Sequence record: SRR9188677_86
Direction: 5' to 3' (one strand)
Length of the DNA: 64,000 bases
A program made the position numbers and the translations under genes. The notes beneath the pieces are model-generated. The model searched no databases, was not told the origin of the DNA, and saw nothing but the letters and a program-made list of their open reading frames with translations. The number at the start of each line of letters is the position of its first letter. The stretch's first letter is position 1. Shown here in pieces: positions 10,184-21,075 of this stretch.

Positions 10184-10332
10184 AGAAATAAGATTAGAAC
10201 AGTAAAATTAAATCGAAAACAAAACCCAATTTTTAATTTAACTTAAATTTGTGACGGCAATCATTTATTGGTAAAAAACATAAGCAAATAAATACTATAT
10301 TTGCATGCAATTTAACTACAACTACAAATTGC

Positions 10333-11805
10333 ATGAAAGCACACACCACTAAAATCGTTGGAGAAGGACTTACCTACGACGATGTACTGCTAATCCCAAA
10401 TTATTCAGAAGTTTTACCGCGCGAAGTCAGCATTCAATCGAAATTTTCGAGGAATATCACTTTGAACGTTCCGATCGTTTCTGCCGCTATGGATACCGTT
10501 ACCGAAAGCTCGATGGCAATTGCCATGGCTCAGGAAGGCGGAATCGGCGTTTTGCACAAAAATATGACCATTGAACAGCAAGCAGCCAAAGTCCGAAAAG
10601 TAAAGCGTGCCGAAGCAGGAATGATTATCGATCCTGTGACTTTACCTTTAACTGCGACTGTTGGCGATGCTAAGATGGCAATGAAGGAATACTCCATTGG
10701 CGGAATCCCGGTTGTAGATGATAACGGAATATTGAAAGGAATTGCAACCAACAGGGATCTGCGTTTCGAGAAAATAAATTCGCGATCGATTACAGAAGTG
10801 ATGACTTCAGAAAACCTGGTGACTGCTGCCGAAGGAACTACTTTACAGGAAGCCGAAGGAATACTTCAGAAAAACAAAATCGAAAAGCTTCCGGTAGTCG
10901 ATGATAATTTCAAGCTAATCGGGTTGATTACCTTTAGGGACATTACCAAACTCACCCAAAAACCGATTGCCAACAAAGATAAATTCGGAAGATTACGGGT
11001 CGCTGCTGCTTTAGGAGTTACCGCCGATGCCTTGGAAAGGGCTACCGCTTTGGTAAACGCAGGAGTTGATGCCGTAATTATCGACACGGCCCACGGCCAT
11101 ACACAAGGCGTTGTCACAGTTTTAAAAGAAGTAAAAGCAAAATTTCCCGAGTTGGATGTAGTTGTTGGAAACATTGCTACACCAGAAGCTGCCTTATATT
11201 TAGTTGAAAATGGTGCTGATGCCGTAAAAGTTGGCATTGGCCCCGGATCAATCTGCACTACACGGGTGGTTGCAGGAGTTGGTTTTCCGCAATTCTCAGC
11301 CGTTTTGGAAGTTGCCGCAGCATTAAGAGGAAGCGGTGTTCCTGTAATTGCAGATGGCGGAATCCGATATACAGGTGATATCCCGAAAGCAATTGCTGCT
11401 GGTGCAGATTCTGTAATGTTAGGGTCATTATTGGCCGGAACGAAAGAATCTCCGGGGGAAACCATCATTTTTGAAGGAAGAAAATTCAAATCCTATCGCG
11501 GAATGGGCTCGGTTGAAGCCATGCAGGAAGGTTCAAAAGACCGCTATTTCCAGGATGTGGAGGATGATATCAAAAAACTCGTTCCGGAAGGAATTGTAGG
11601 ACGCGTTCCCTATAAAGGCGAACTGAACGAAAGCATGCAGCAGTTTGTTGGCGGGCTTCGTGCCGGAATGGGCTACTGCGGTGCCAAAGACGTACCGACA
11701 CTTCAGGCAACTGGACGTTTTGTACGAATCACAGCCAGCGGAATCGGTGAAAGCCATCCTCATAATGTTACCATCACCAAAGAAGCTCCTAATTATTCAA
11801 GATAA
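10333..11805 (+). CDS. guaB: IMP dehydrogenase
   Basis: [12 protein letters not shown] pair, [17 protein letters not shown]. Confidence 0.98.
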   Translation: MKAHTTKIVGEGLTYDDVLLIPNYSEVLPREVSIQSKFSRNITLNVPIVSAAMDTVTESSMAIAMAQEGGIGVLHKNMTIEQQAAKVRKVKRAEAGMIIDPVTLPLTATVGDAKMAMKEYSIGGIPVVDDNGILKGIATNRDLRFEKINSRSITEVMTSENLVTAAEGTTLQEAEGILQKNKIEKLPVVDDNFKLIGLITFRDITKLTQKPIANKDKFGRLRVAAALGVTADALERATALVNAGVDAVIIDTAHGHTQGVVTVLKEVKAKFPELDVVVGNIATPEAALYLVENGADAVKVGIGPGSICTTRVVAGVGFPQFSAVLEVAAALRGSGVPVIADGGIRYTGDIPKAIAAGADSVMLGSLLAGTKESPGETIIFEGRKFKSYRGMGSVEAMQEGSKDRYFQDVEDDIKKLVPEGIVGRVPYKGELNESMQQFVGGLRAGMGYCGAKDVPTLQATGRFVRITASGIGESHPHNVTITKEAPNYSR

Positions 11806-12207
11806 ATGCAGGTTAAATTCAACATAAGCGAAACTGTCGAAACTGAAATTTACCACGGTTTTTATGCCGTTTATATTTTAGGCGGGCATTCCGTTGAAGC
11901 CAATCCTGCTTTCCATCTTGAAATTAAAAATACAGAAACTGGAAAAAGTGTTGAATTAACCGAAAAACGATTCAAAGCAAGAGACTATAAATTTGGAAGA
12001 AAGGCCGTTCGCTTTTATACGTTTGATATCAGCGAGTACGGAAAATATAAAATTTCCGCACACAACTATCAGGACATCATTGTAAAGGATTCCATATTGG
12101 AAGTATTCCCTTTTCCATTTTCAATTCCGCACCTGCTATTTTCAAAGCTAATGGGAAAAACCAGAAAATCAGCAGAGATCGATACAATTGAAATCCTGAT
12201 AGAATAG
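11806..12207 (+). CDS. Hypothetical protein (133 aa) abutting guaB
   Basis: ATG immediately follows the guaB stop; terminator follows; no family recognised. Confidence 0.6.
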   Translation: MQVKFNISETVETEIYHGFYAVYILGGHSVEANPAFHLEIKNTETGKSVELTEKRFKARDYKFGRKAVRFYTFDISEYGKYKISAHNYQDIIVKDSILEVFPFPFSIPHLLFSKLMGKTRKSAEIDTIEILIE

Positions 12208-12226
12208 ATTATTCAGAACAAAATTT

Positions 12227-12258
12227 AAAGGCATGGGAAATTTTCTTGTGCCTTTTTT
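12227..12258 (+). terminator. Intrinsic terminator of the guaB operon
   Basis: AAAGGCATGGGAAA/TTTTCTTGTGCCTTTTTT stem with U-tract. Confidence 0.75.
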
Positions 12259-12428
12259 GTTGGCAGTAATTTTAAAAAATAGCTAAAATTTAAATTTAAA
12301 AATCACATACCCTAAATATAAAAGGGGTAAAATTAATTATTTAGCAAAAATAAACATCACAACCATATTTTTTACAGGCTTAAAAAATAATATAATATTT
12401 TTGATAAAAAATTAAACTAAAAATACTA

Positions 12429-13742
12429 ATGAGAAAAATTGTTCTAACAATACTACTGGCTACCATCTTAATTCTGACTTTTTTTTCAAATCTGATTTTT
12501 AGTAACCCTGCGACCCCAACCCAAAAGGCGCAATTTGACACCGGCGACACAGCCTGGATGATTGTTGCAACGGCTCTGGTTTTACTGATGACGCCCGGGC
12601 TTGGCTTTTTCTACGGCGGAATGGTCGGAAAGAAAAACGTAATCAGCACGATGTTGCAAAGCTTTATGGCTATGGTTATCGTCAGCATATTATGGATTAT
12701 AATTGCCTACGGATTGTGTTTTGGCCCTTCTATCGGAGGGTTTATCGGGAATCCGATTCCCAATTTATTTTTTAACAATGTAGGTGTGACTTCGTCGTGG
12801 CAACTAGCCCCAACAATCCCTTTGCTGCTTTTTGCCCTATTCCAAGTAAAGTTTGCCATCATCACACCCGCACTTATTACTGGTGCTTTTGCAGAAAGAA
12901 TCAGATTTTGGCCCTATCTCTTATTCATGGTGTTGTTTATTCTGTTTATTTACACGCCACTTGCTCATTGCACCTGGCATCCGGAAGGAATTTTCTTCAA
13001 AATGGGGGTTCTTGATTTTGCCGGAGGAACCGTCGTCCACATGAGTGCAGGATGGGCAGCCCTTGCCGGAGCCATGTTTTTAGGCAAAAGAAAAACTCAG
13101 AAAACCAATCCGGCCCGCATTACTTATGTTTTATTAGGAACCGGGTTATTATGGTTCGGCTGGTTCGGATTCAACGCAGGATCCGCGATGGGTGCTAACG
13201 GATTGGCCGCTCAGGCATTGGGAACTACTACGGTAGCAGCCGCTGCAGCGTCAATGTCCTGGGTTTTTTTCGATAAGATTCTGGGACACAAGCTATCGGC
13301 AATGGGAGCCTGCATCGGAGCCGTAGTCGGATTGGTTGCCATTACTCCTGCCGCGGGTTTTGTCAGCATTCCGCATGCGATTACTATTGGGATTATATCA
13401 AGTATAGTAAGCAATATTGCTGTAAGCAGATTCCCTAAAGGCAAAATCGATGATGCTTTGGATGTGTTTGCCTGTCACGGTGTAGGCGGAATGACGGGAA
13501 TGATATTGACGGGAGTTTTTGCTTCAAAAGCCATAAACCCGGCAGTAGCAGACCAGGGATTGCTATTTGGAGAAACCAAGCTATTCCTTAATCAATTTAC
13601 GGCTCTGATTATTGTATCTGCTTTTGCCTTTTTTGCTTCGTATGCACTTTTTTATCTGGTCAATAAAATCAGCCGATTGCGTGTGAGTGAGGAAAAAGAA
13701 GAATTAGGATTGGACATTTCCCAGCATGGGGAATATCTTTGA
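12429..13742 (+). CDS. amt: Ammonium transporter
   Basis: LMTPGLGFFYGG, DFAGGTVVH, LWFGWFGFNAGS, DDALDVFACHG, GLDISQHGE. Confidence 0.96.
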   Translation: MRKIVLTILLATILILTFFSNLIFSNPATPTQKAQFDTGDTAWMIVATALVLLMTPGLGFFYGGMVGKKNVISTMLQSFMAMVIVSILWIIIAYGLCFGPSIGGFIGNPIPNLFFNNVGVTSSWQLAPTIPLLLFALFQVKFAIITPALITGAFAERIRFWPYLLFMVLFILFIYTPLAHCTWHPEGIFFKMGVLDFAGGTVVHMSAGWAALAGAMFLGKRKTQKTNPARITYVLLGTGLLWFGWFGFNAGSAMGANGLAAQALGTTTVAAAAASMSWVFFDKILGHKLSAMGACIGAVVGLVAITPAAGFVSIPHAITIGIISSIVSNIAVSRFPKGKIDDALDVFACHGVGGMTGMILTGVFASKAINPAVADQGLLFGETKLFLNQFTALIIVSAFAFFASYALFYLVNKISRLRVSEEKEELGLDISQHGEYL

Positions 13743-13745
13743 AAT

Positions 13746-13781
13746 AAAAAAAGGCCTAAGAATCAACTTAAGCCTTTTTTT
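13746..13781. terminator. Bidirectional intrinsic terminator (amt / purB)
   Basis: A7-GGCCTAAG-loop-CTTAAGCC-T7. Confidence 0.8.
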
Positions 13782-13798
13782 ATTTATTCAATTGGAAA

Positions 13799-15142
13799 TT
13801 AAATTCCAGTATAATTACTTGGGGTAATCCTCATCAATTCATCCTTAATAGCTTGTGAAACATCTAATGTTGCTATAAAATCGTGAATTGCTGCTTTATC
13901 GATGACAGTATTAGTTCTGGTCAATCCCTTCAAAGCTTCATAGGGATTTGGATACCCTTCCCTACGCAGAATAGTCTGAATTGCTTCTGCAACAACCACC
14001 CAGTTTTTATCTAAATCTTCCGCAAATTTGGATTCGTTCAACAAGAGTTTGTCCAAACCTTTCAATGTAGCCTCAAAAGCTATTAAAGTATGCCCCATCG
14101 GGACTCCTATATTTCTCAAAACGGTACTGTCAGTCAGATCACGCTGCAATCTTGATACAGGCAGTTTAGCCGAAAGATGTTCAAAAATGGCATTAGCAAT
14201 CCCTAAATTTCCTTCCGAATTTTCAAAATCAATCGGGTTCACTTTGTGTGGCATAGCAGAAGACCCGATTTCTCCGGCTTTGATTTTCTGCTTGAAATAA
14301 TCCATCGAAACGTACGTCCAGACATCCCTGTCCAGATCGATGATAATATTGTTGATCCTCTTCAACGCATCAAAAAACGCGGCAAAATGATCGTAATGCT
14401 CAATTTGAGTTGTTGGAAATGAATGTTGCAACCCAAGAGTTTCTTCCACAAAGGAAGTCCCAAATTGCTTCCAATCCACATCCGGATAAGCTACGTGGTG
14501 CGCATTGTAATTCCCGGTCGCCCCACCAAATTTAGCTGCAAACGGAATATTGAAGAGCAAACGCATCTGTTCTTCCAAACGCTCCACAAAAACCAGAATC
14601 TCTTTTCCTAAACGTGTTGGAGACGCAGGCTGTCCATGGGTTCTGGCCAACATCGGAATGTCTTTCCACTCCATTGCGAGTTCCTTTAATTTAGCTATCA
14701 ATGCTATTAAAGATTTCAGGTAAACTTCATGGAAAGCTTCTTTTGTAGACAACGGAATCGCTGTATTATTGATATCCTGCGAAGTCAAACCAAAATGGAT
14801 GAATTCTTTATATTGCGACATTCCTAAGGTTTCAAACTTTTCCTTGATGAAATACTCAACCGCTTTCACATCGTGATTGGTTGTCATTTCGGTATCTTTA
14901 ATCCAGAGGGCATCTTCGGTTGAAAAATTTTTATAAAGGCTGCGAAGGGCTTCAAAAACCTTTTTATCGATTCCTTTTAACTGTGGCAGATCAGCTTCGC
15001 ATAAAGCAATGAAATATTCAACTTCTACCAAAACCCTATATTTTATAAGGGCTTCCTCAGAAAAATAATTGGAAAGCGATTTGGTTTTACTGCGGTATCT
15101 TCCGTCAATTGGCGAAACGGCGTTTAATGGTGTTAGTGACAT
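13799..15142 (-). CDS. purB: Adenylosuccinate lyase
   Basis: SPIDGRY, TNHDVKAVEY, RTHGQPA, GSSAMPHKVNPIDFE. Confidence 0.97.
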   Translation of the reverse strand: MSLTPLNAVSPIDGRYRSKTKSLSNYFSEEALIKYRVLVEVEYFIALCEADLPQLKGIDKKVFEALRSLYKNFSTEDALWIKDTEMTTNHDVKAVEYFIKEKFETLGMSQYKEFIHFGLTSQDINNTAIPLSTKEAFHEVYLKSLIALIAKLKELAMEWKDIPMLARTHGQPASPTRLGKEILVFVERLEEQMRLLFNIPFAAKFGGATGNYNAHHVAYPDVDWKQFGTSFVEETLGLQHSFPTTQIEHYDHFAAFFDALKRINNIIIDLDRDVWTYVSMDYFKQKIKAGEIGSSAMPHKVNPIDFENSEGNLGIANAIFEHLSAKLPVSRLQRDLTDSTVLRNIGVPMGHTLIAFEATLKGLDKLLLNESKFAEDLDKNWVVVAEAIQTILRREGYPNPYEALKGLTRTNTVIDKAAIHDFIATLDVSQAIKDELMRITPSNYTGI

Positions 15143-15182
15143 GTTTTGTAGTGTTGTTTAGTGACGCAAAAATAGGGATTAG

Positions 15183-15893
15183 TTATGATTTTTTCCGATT
15201 TAATCCCATCAATTTTCCCCTTAAAACGGGAACGCCATCGGTAGCATTCATCGGAATGACTTCCAACGGGTTTTGCAAATCATAAATAGCTGCCGGTCGC
15301 GGATCGATATAAAAAACCGGAACATTCCGCTTGGCATAATGCACGAGTCCAGCCGCTGGATATACCTGAAGTGATGTTCCAATTACCGCAACATAATCTG
15401 CTTGTTTTATATTACTTATAGCTTCATCCATAGCAGGAACTGCTTCGCCAAACCAAACAATATATGGGCGCAATTGTTTTCCTTTTTTATCTAAATCACC
15501 AATTTCCAAATCATCCTGCCAATCAAGGATTTCAGATGGAGGATTGCCGTCGCTGCACACTTTGAGCAATTCGCCATGCAGATGCAATACATTACTGCTT
15601 CCCGCCTTTTCATGAAGATTGTCTACATTTTGGGTAATGATGTGAACCTCGAAATCCTTTTCCAGTTCAGCCAAAACAAGATGCCCTAGATTGGGCTTTA
15701 CCTCATGCAATTGCCTCCGTCTTTGATTGTAAAAATCCAAAACAAGGGTTTTATTTTTTAGCCAGCCCTCATAAGATGCGACTTCCATAACGTCATGACC
15801 TTCCCAAAGCCCATCGGCATCGCGAAAGGTTTTGATTCCGCTTTCGGCCGAAATTCCGGCCCCTGTTAACACAACTAATTTTCTTTTTTTCAC
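15183..15893 (-). CDS. cobB: Sir2-family NAD-dependent protein deacylase
   Basis: GAGISAESGIKTFR, TQNVDNLHE, HLHG, VWFGE, GTSLQVYPAA. Confidence 0.93.
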   Translation of the reverse strand: MKKRKLVVLTGAGISAESGIKTFRDADGLWEGHDVMEVASYEGWLKNKTLVLDFYNQRRRQLHEVKPNLGHLVLAELEKDFEVHIITQNVDNLHEKAGSSNVLHLHGELLKVCSDGNPPSEILDWQDDLEIGDLDKKGKQLRPYIVWFGEAVPAMDEAISNIKQADYVAVIGTSLQVYPAAGLVHYAKRNVPVFYIDPRPAAIYDLQNPLEVIPMNATDGVPVLRGKLMGLNRKKS

Positions 15894-15994
15894 GATTACC
15901 TGCTTAGTATCAGACTTTTTAATGCAAATTCCAGATTGTAAATTTCCAAATAAAATTAGACTATTTTATTATTTTTACAAAAACATCTGATAGT

Positions 15995-17272
15995 ATGAAA
16001 CGTCTTAAAAAAGCAATGCTCCGGTTTTACTTTATTTTCTTTTTGTGGATGATAGCCCCCTGGTTGTGGCTCGAAATCATCCCGGGGGTAAGCTATGTAA
16101 CCATTTACTACCGAAAGGCAATGGAATGGATTGTAACCATTGTCAACGGAAACTTTCTCCATGTAAAGGAAGTACTGAACATGAACGGTAACGGAAGTGG
16201 TGACACCTCTTATGCCTGGGCGGAGTTTTATACGATTATCATCTTGTCGCTAATCATCGCGGGCATCTGGTCCGTTTTTGATAAAAGTAAGGAAGAATCC
16301 AAAACGCTTTCGTATTGGCTGCACAATCTGATTCGGTACAACATTATCATGGCGGGATTGAATTACGGGATCATCAAGATTTTTGCCCTGCAGATGCCGT
16401 TCCCCAACCTGAGCCAACTCGCTACGCCTTTGGGCGATTTTCTGCCGATGCGTTTCAGCTGGCTGTTCATTGGATATTCGCAGCCTTACGAGATGTTTTC
16501 GGGCGTTATTGAGATTATTGTTGGTTTATTACTGCTTTACAGAAGAACAATCCCATTAGGGCTGATTGTTGGTTTAGGCGTTTTCACAAATGTATTCCTG
16601 CTCAATATGTGCTACGACATTCCGGTAAAATTGTATTCGATGCAGATCGTTATCTGCTGCCTGTTCTTATTGGCAATAGATTACCAGAAGTATCTGAATT
16701 TCTTCATTTTCAGCAAACCAACGGTCCCTACTACAGCTTTCGCCTTTCGCTTTACCAAAAAATGGAAACGGGTTGGCCGCATTGTTTTAAAAACAGCGTT
16801 CATTTTGCTTGTTGTAGTTTGGAACCTTTACGATTGCTATAACTGGCATAAGGAAACAAACCAACTTGAGACTGCTGTTATCCCTTACGGCGTTTACAAT
16901 ATCAAAACCTTGAAGAAGAATAATCAGGTTACACCTATTGATTTGACCGATACCTTGGCCTGGAAGGATTTTGTATTTGATAAAGGCAGGATGGGAAGCA
17001 TCAAAACCTGCGATACCGTATTTAGGACAAGGTATGGCAGAGGCTATTTTGTATATGAAGCCAATAAATCGAAACGGACACTCGCATTCCGAAAAACCCC
17101 TTCGGACACTGCGGACTTATTTGTCATGAACTATAAATTCATCAGTAAAAACACATTACAGCTCGAAGGCACCATAGGGAAAGACACTTTGCATTATGAA
17201 CTGGTAAAAAACGATAAGGAGTTTCCGTTGTCCCAAAAACAGTTCCATTGGATATCCGAAGCCAACAGATAA
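15995..17272 (+). CDS. Membrane protein (DoxX-like N-terminal TM region + soluble C-terminal domain)
   Basis: YGIIKIFALQMP, WLFIGYS, NVFLLNMCYDIPVKL; multiple TM helices. Confidence 0.7.
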   Translation: MKRLKKAMLRFYFIFFLWMIAPWLWLEIIPGVSYVTIYYRKAMEWIVTIVNGNFLHVKEVLNMNGNGSGDTSYAWAEFYTIIILSLIIAGIWSVFDKSKEESKTLSYWLHNLIRYNIIMAGLNYGIIKIFALQMPFPNLSQLATPLGDFLPMRFSWLFIGYSQPYEMFSGVIEIIVGLLLLYRRTIPLGLIVGLGVFTNVFLLNMCYDIPVKLYSMQIVICCLFLLAIDYQKYLNFFIFSKPTVPTTAFAFRFTKKWKRVGRIVLKTAFILLVVVWNLYDCYNWHKETNQLETAVIPYGVYNIKTLKKNNQVTPIDLTDTLAWKDFVFDKGRMGSIKTCDTVFRTRYGRGYFVYEANKSKRTLAFRKTPSDTADLFVMNYKFISKNTLQLEGTIGKDTLHYELVKNDKEFPLSQKQFHWISEANR

Positions 17273-17313
17273 AATTAAAATGCTATTTTTGCCAACCAAA
17301 AGCATCAAAAACA

Positions 17314-17982
17314 ATGACCGACTTAGACTATCTAAACTATCTTGAAGGATTTTTAACCGATAACCGCAAAGAGCGATTCGAGGCTGTTCTTTCCAACAGG
17401 ACAAACCATTTTACCGTAGTTGTGGAAGATGTTTTTCAGATGCACAATACCAGTGCCGTGATGCGCAGCTGTGAGGTTTTCGGTATTCAGCAGTTGAACA
17501 TTATCGAACAGCGGTTTGGAAAGAGCATCGACAAACAGATTGCGATGGGTGCCCAGAAATGGGTTGACATCACTACTTTTGAAACGGTAAATTCTTCCAT
17601 ACAAACCATGCGTTCTAAAGGCTATCAGATTATTGCCACTACACCTCACAACGATTCGTGCATGTTAAGTGATTTCGATATTTCGAAACCAAGCGCCATT
17701 TACTTCGGGACGGAAAAAGAAGGATTGTCAGAAGAAGTGATTTCGCAGGCGGATGGCTATATCAAAATCCCGATGGTCGGATTTACCGAAAGCCTGAACA
17801 TTTCAGTATCGGCTGCCATCATACTTCAGGACATTACTACGCGTTTGCGGCAATCGGATGTTAATTGGCAATTATCCGAAGAAGAATTACTTGAAAAACG
17901 GCTGCTTTGGGCAAAAAATACCATCAAAGACATCAAGCGGATTGAGAAGCGCTATTTTGAAGAAAACGGAAAAGCAGACTAA
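17314..17982 (+). CDS. trmH: TrmH/SpoU family RNA methyltransferase
   Basis: HNTSAVMRSCE, FGTEKEG, IPMVGFTESLNISV; start moved to ATG 17314, downstream of TATTTTTG at 17284-17291. Confidence 0.88.
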   Translation: MTDLDYLNYLEGFLTDNRKERFEAVLSNRTNHFTVVVEDVFQMHNTSAVMRSCEVFGIQQLNIIEQRFGKSIDKQIAMGAQKWVDITTFETVNSSIQTMRSKGYQIIATTPHNDSCMLSDFDISKPSAIYFGTEKEGLSEEVISQADGYIKIPMVGFTESLNISVSAAIILQDITTRLRQSDVNWQLSEEELLEKRLLWAKNTIKDIKRIEKRYFEENGKAD

Positions 17983-18014
17983 TTGCCTTCCGAAGCTTAT
18001 CAAAAAAAACAATT

Positions 18015-18794
18015 TTATTTTTCATGCTTTTTGGACAGCACTTTGTACTGCTCGTAGCATTCACTGATGGCATCCATGATCTGTAAATCGTTGGCGGTCC
18101 TTATAAATTCTTCCGAATAACTGCAGCGGGTAAGGATTTCAGCTATTTCCTTTTTATCCACACCAAGCAATACGCCAAGCGTTTCCCTGTCAAATTTGGA
18201 TTCGAGAAGATGCCTTACCGTGTCGTCCTTTTTCATCTTTTTAAGCTTCTTGAGCTCATTGGATTTGTTTCCGAAGAAATTATAAAGCATGTCCGCCGGA
18301 TTGAAAATAGAACCTAAAACCCTGGTAAATGCTCCCGGAGAGGAAGTCCCGGTTTCATACCCTTGCGACAATCCTGAAATGCTGTAGCGGTAATTGGTAT
18401 CCTTTTCCGGAATGAGCTTGGAATCAATCTCAAGATAGCCCGTAAGGTTGTATTTCTTTACGATTACTTCTTCCAGGGCGATGGCTTTTTCGGTAAGCAA
18501 TAATTTGGCCGTTCCGTTTTTAAGCCAGTCATTGGTAACCCTGACACGCAAAGACTGATAGCCCAGCGAGGAAATATGAAGCGTATCGTTTACGCTCACT
18601 TCGAGTTCAAAATAACCTTTGGTATCGGTAACTACGCCCTTTACTTTATTGATGTTGATTACGTTTACATTCGGAAGAGGAAATAAAGTGTTGTCATTGA
18701 CAATGGTCCCGGTAACCTTTTCGCTTGAAGGAGTATCTTGTGCCAGCGCGCTGATTGAAAACAGGAATAAAAAGTAAAGGATTAAATATCTCAT
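18015..18794 (-). CDS. Secreted carboxypeptidase-like regulatory domain protein
   Basis: Signal peptide; GTIV..PLPNVNV..G.VTD..GYF..DTLHISSLGY pattern. Confidence 0.8.
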   Translation of the reverse strand: MRYLILYFLFLFSISALAQDTPSSEKVTGTIVNDNTLFPLPNVNVININKVKGVVTDTKGYFELEVSVNDTLHISSLGYQSLRVRVTNDWLKNGTAKLLLTEKAIALEEVIVKKYNLTGYLEIDSKLIPEKDTNYRYSISGLSQGYETGTSSPGAFTRVLGSIFNPADMLYNFFGNKSNELKKLKKMKKDDTVRHLLESKFDRETLGVLLGVDKKEIAEILTRCSYSEEFIRTANDLQIMDAISECYEQYKVLSKKHEK

Positions 18795-18924
18795 AGTAGT
18801 TTTTGATGGTTTAAAAGTATGAAACTCTTTTAAGATATTTTGCAGTTTCCGCCCAGAATTAGAACAAAATTAACAAAATGGGAAATCTACCTCAGAAAAG
18901 ACCGTTTTTACCGCAAAAAAGAAT

Positions 18925-18962
18925 AAAAAAACTCCGATTCACATATAGTAAAGCGGAGTTTT
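18925..18962 (-). terminator. Intrinsic terminator downstream of the DEAD-box helicase gene
   Basis: A7-CTCCG...CGGAG-TTTT. Confidence 0.6.
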
Positions 18963-19024
18963 GTATTTTCAAAACTTTGAATTTAAAATTTATAATTCAA
19001 AATTTATAATTTCCACGAAGTGGA

Positions 19025-20947
19025 CTAGCTTCTTCTTGGCTTTCTGTTTTTAGCAGCTTCGAATGAACGTCCGGCCGGCCTGTCGCTTCCTTCAGAACGT
19101 CTTGGCGCTCTTTCTTCTCTCTGAAATGAACCCGGCTCTCTTTTTGGAGCACTGTCACTTCTGAATCCGCTTTCCCTTCTTGGTTTTTCAGAAGTTCTTT
19201 CGCTTCTGAACCCGCCTTCTTTTCTTGGGCCGAAACTTCCGCCACCAGAACTTCTTCCTCCAAATCCGCCGGAGCTTCTGCGTTCACCGCCACTACTTCT
19301 TCCGTTGTGGTCACGTCTTGAACTGCTTCCGCCGTCGTTTTTAGAAATCTCTACGTTGATGCGGCGTCCGTTCATATCATATCCGTTAAGGATTGACATT
19401 ACCTTATCGGTATGTTCTCCGTCAGTATTAAAGAAAGAGAATCCTTCCTTAACATCAACCTTAAATACGTCATCACGGCCTAAATCAAGCGTTTCCTTTA
19501 AGAAATCCTTCAGCTGCATCCAGTCGAAATCATCTCTTGAACCAATGTTTACAAAATAACGAACAGGATCCCCGGCCCTGATTTCTCTTGGCTCTGAGCT
19601 TCTTTCACTTCTTTCACCTCCTTTTTCACCTGATAAATCACGTTTCTTTTTGTAGTAATTAATGAATCTGTTAAATTCCACAGAAACCATTTTCTTGATC
19701 AGTTCCTCTTTGGATAACCCGTCAAGGACTTCATTGATAGCCGGAAGATAGCTGTCTATCTCGTGATCAACTTCAGTATCCTTGATTTTGTTCGCCAAGT
19801 GCAATAACTGGATTTCGCAGATTTCGATTCCGCTTGGGATTGTTTTTTCCTGGAATTTTTGCTGGATGATTCTTTCGATTGAAGAAATCTTGCGCAGCTC
19901 ACTTTTGGTTACGATTACAATCGAAGTTCCTAATTTACCTGCACGTCCGGTTCTTCCTGAACGGTGGTTGTAGGTTTCGATTTCGTCCGGTAATTGATAA
20001 TTTACTACGTGAGTAATGTTATCAACGTCGATTCCACGAGCTGCAACATCTGTCGCAACAAGCATTTGAATCTGGCGTCCACGGAATGATTTCATAACTC
20101 CATCACGTTGTGCTTGGGATAAATCCCCGTGCAATGCAGCAGCGCTGTATCCGTCTTCGATTAATTTTTCAGCAACCGCTTGGGTATCACGTTTGGTCCT
20201 ACAGAAAACTACTGAAAAAATGTCCGGGTTAGCATCAGCCAATCTTTTCAAAGCCTCATAACGGTCACGGGCATTCACCAAATAGAATTCGTGCGATACC
20301 GTTTTAGAACCTGAGTTTTTAGACCCCACAGTAACTTCTGCTGGTTCGTGCATAAATTTCTTAGCAATGCGCGCAACTTCCGCGGGCATGGTTGCTGAGA
20401 ATAACCAAGTGTTTTTTTCGTCCGGGGTATCTGACAAGATCGAAACGATATCGTCATAAAATCCCATGTTCAACATCTCATCTGCCTCGTCAAGAATACA
20501 GTAATTGATGTTTTTGATGTTCACCAGTCCACGATTGATCATGTCCTGCATTCTACCCGGAGTAGCCACAATTACCTGTGCTCCTCTTTTAATTTCTCTG
20601 GCTTGTTCTGTAATGCTTGCACCACCATAAACTGCCACTGTATGTAAACCTTTTACATATTTTGAGTATTGTTTAATCTCGTTGGTGATCTGTAAGCAAA
20701 GCTCACGCGTTGGGGATAAAATTAACGCCTGGGTACTTCTGTCTTCAGCATCAATTTTTTGAATTAGCGGAAAACCAAATGCTGCCGTTTTCCCTGTTCC
20801 TGTTTGTGCTAAAGCTACTAAGTCTGTGTTTTGTTCCAATAGAACCGGAATAGCCTTTTCCTGCACTTCTGACGGATTCTCAAATCCTAGATCTTTGATC
20901 GCCAGCAGTAACGACTCATTCAGACCTAATTGTTCAAATTTATTCAT
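19025..20947 (-). CDS. DEAD-box RNA helicase (DeaD-like; DbpA-type RNA-binding domain, R/G/S-rich tail)
   Basis: AQTGTGKT, PTREL, TPGR, DEAD, SAT, HRSGRTGRAG. Confidence 0.95.
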   Translation of the reverse strand: MNKFEQLGLNESLLLAIKDLGFENPSEVQEKAIPVLLEQNTDLVALAQTGTGKTAAFGFPLIQKIDAEDRSTQALILSPTRELCLQITNEIKQYSKYVKGLHTVAVYGGASITEQAREIKRGAQVIVATPGRMQDMINRGLVNIKNINYCILDEADEMLNMGFYDDIVSILSDTPDEKNTWLFSATMPAEVARIAKKFMHEPAEVTVGSKNSGSKTVSHEFYLVNARDRYEALKRLADANPDIFSVVFCRTKRDTQAVAEKLIEDGYSAAALHGDLSQAQRDGVMKSFRGRQIQMLVATDVAARGIDVDNITHVVNYQLPDEIETYNHRSGRTGRAGKLGTSIVIVTKSELRKISSIERIIQQKFQEKTIPSGIEICEIQLLHLANKIKDTEVDHEIDSYLPAINEVLDGLSKEELIKKMVSVEFNRFINYYKKKRDLSGEKGGERSERSSEPREIRAGDPVRYFVNIGSRDDFDWMQLKDFLKETLDLGRDDVFKVDVKEGFSFFNTDGEHTDKVMSILNGYDMNGRRINVEISKNDGGSSSRRDHNGRSSGGERRSSGGFGGRSSGGGSFGPRKEGGFRSERTSEKPRRESGFRSDSAPKREPGSFQREERAPRRSEGSDRPAGRSFEAAKNRKPRRS

Positions 20948-21075
20948 ATATTATTTTAAATTGGGTGCAAAGGTAGTCTTTAAATACCATATATACTAAT
21001 TTGCTATATACTGACAATTAATAAGTTAACTTTTAATTAACTTATAACAACAAGGAATAAACGGTTTAGGAAGTC

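Noticed and set aside
10866-11489. Long antisense ORFs inside guaB and other genes (also 39929-40544, 48182-48697 and similar)
   Set aside because: Codon-bias shadows of well-supported genes on the opposite strand.
15183-15893. Sir2 gene as an anti-phage effector
   Set aside because: Standard short CobB-type deacylase next to purB, with no defence partner genes.
18985-19011. Tandem AAAATTTATAATT repeat
   Set aside because: Two short AT-only copies in a 3' UTR; no evidence of function or mobility.
18997-19314. 105-aa alternative-frame ORF in the helicase tail
   Set aside because: By-product of the low-complexity R/G/S tail of the DEAD-box helicase; no independent promoter.
21021-21045. Inverted repeat ATAAGTTAA-N7-TTAACTTAT
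   Set aside because: Single AT-rich instance; could be a weak rdgB terminator or an operator, and I cannot discriminate.
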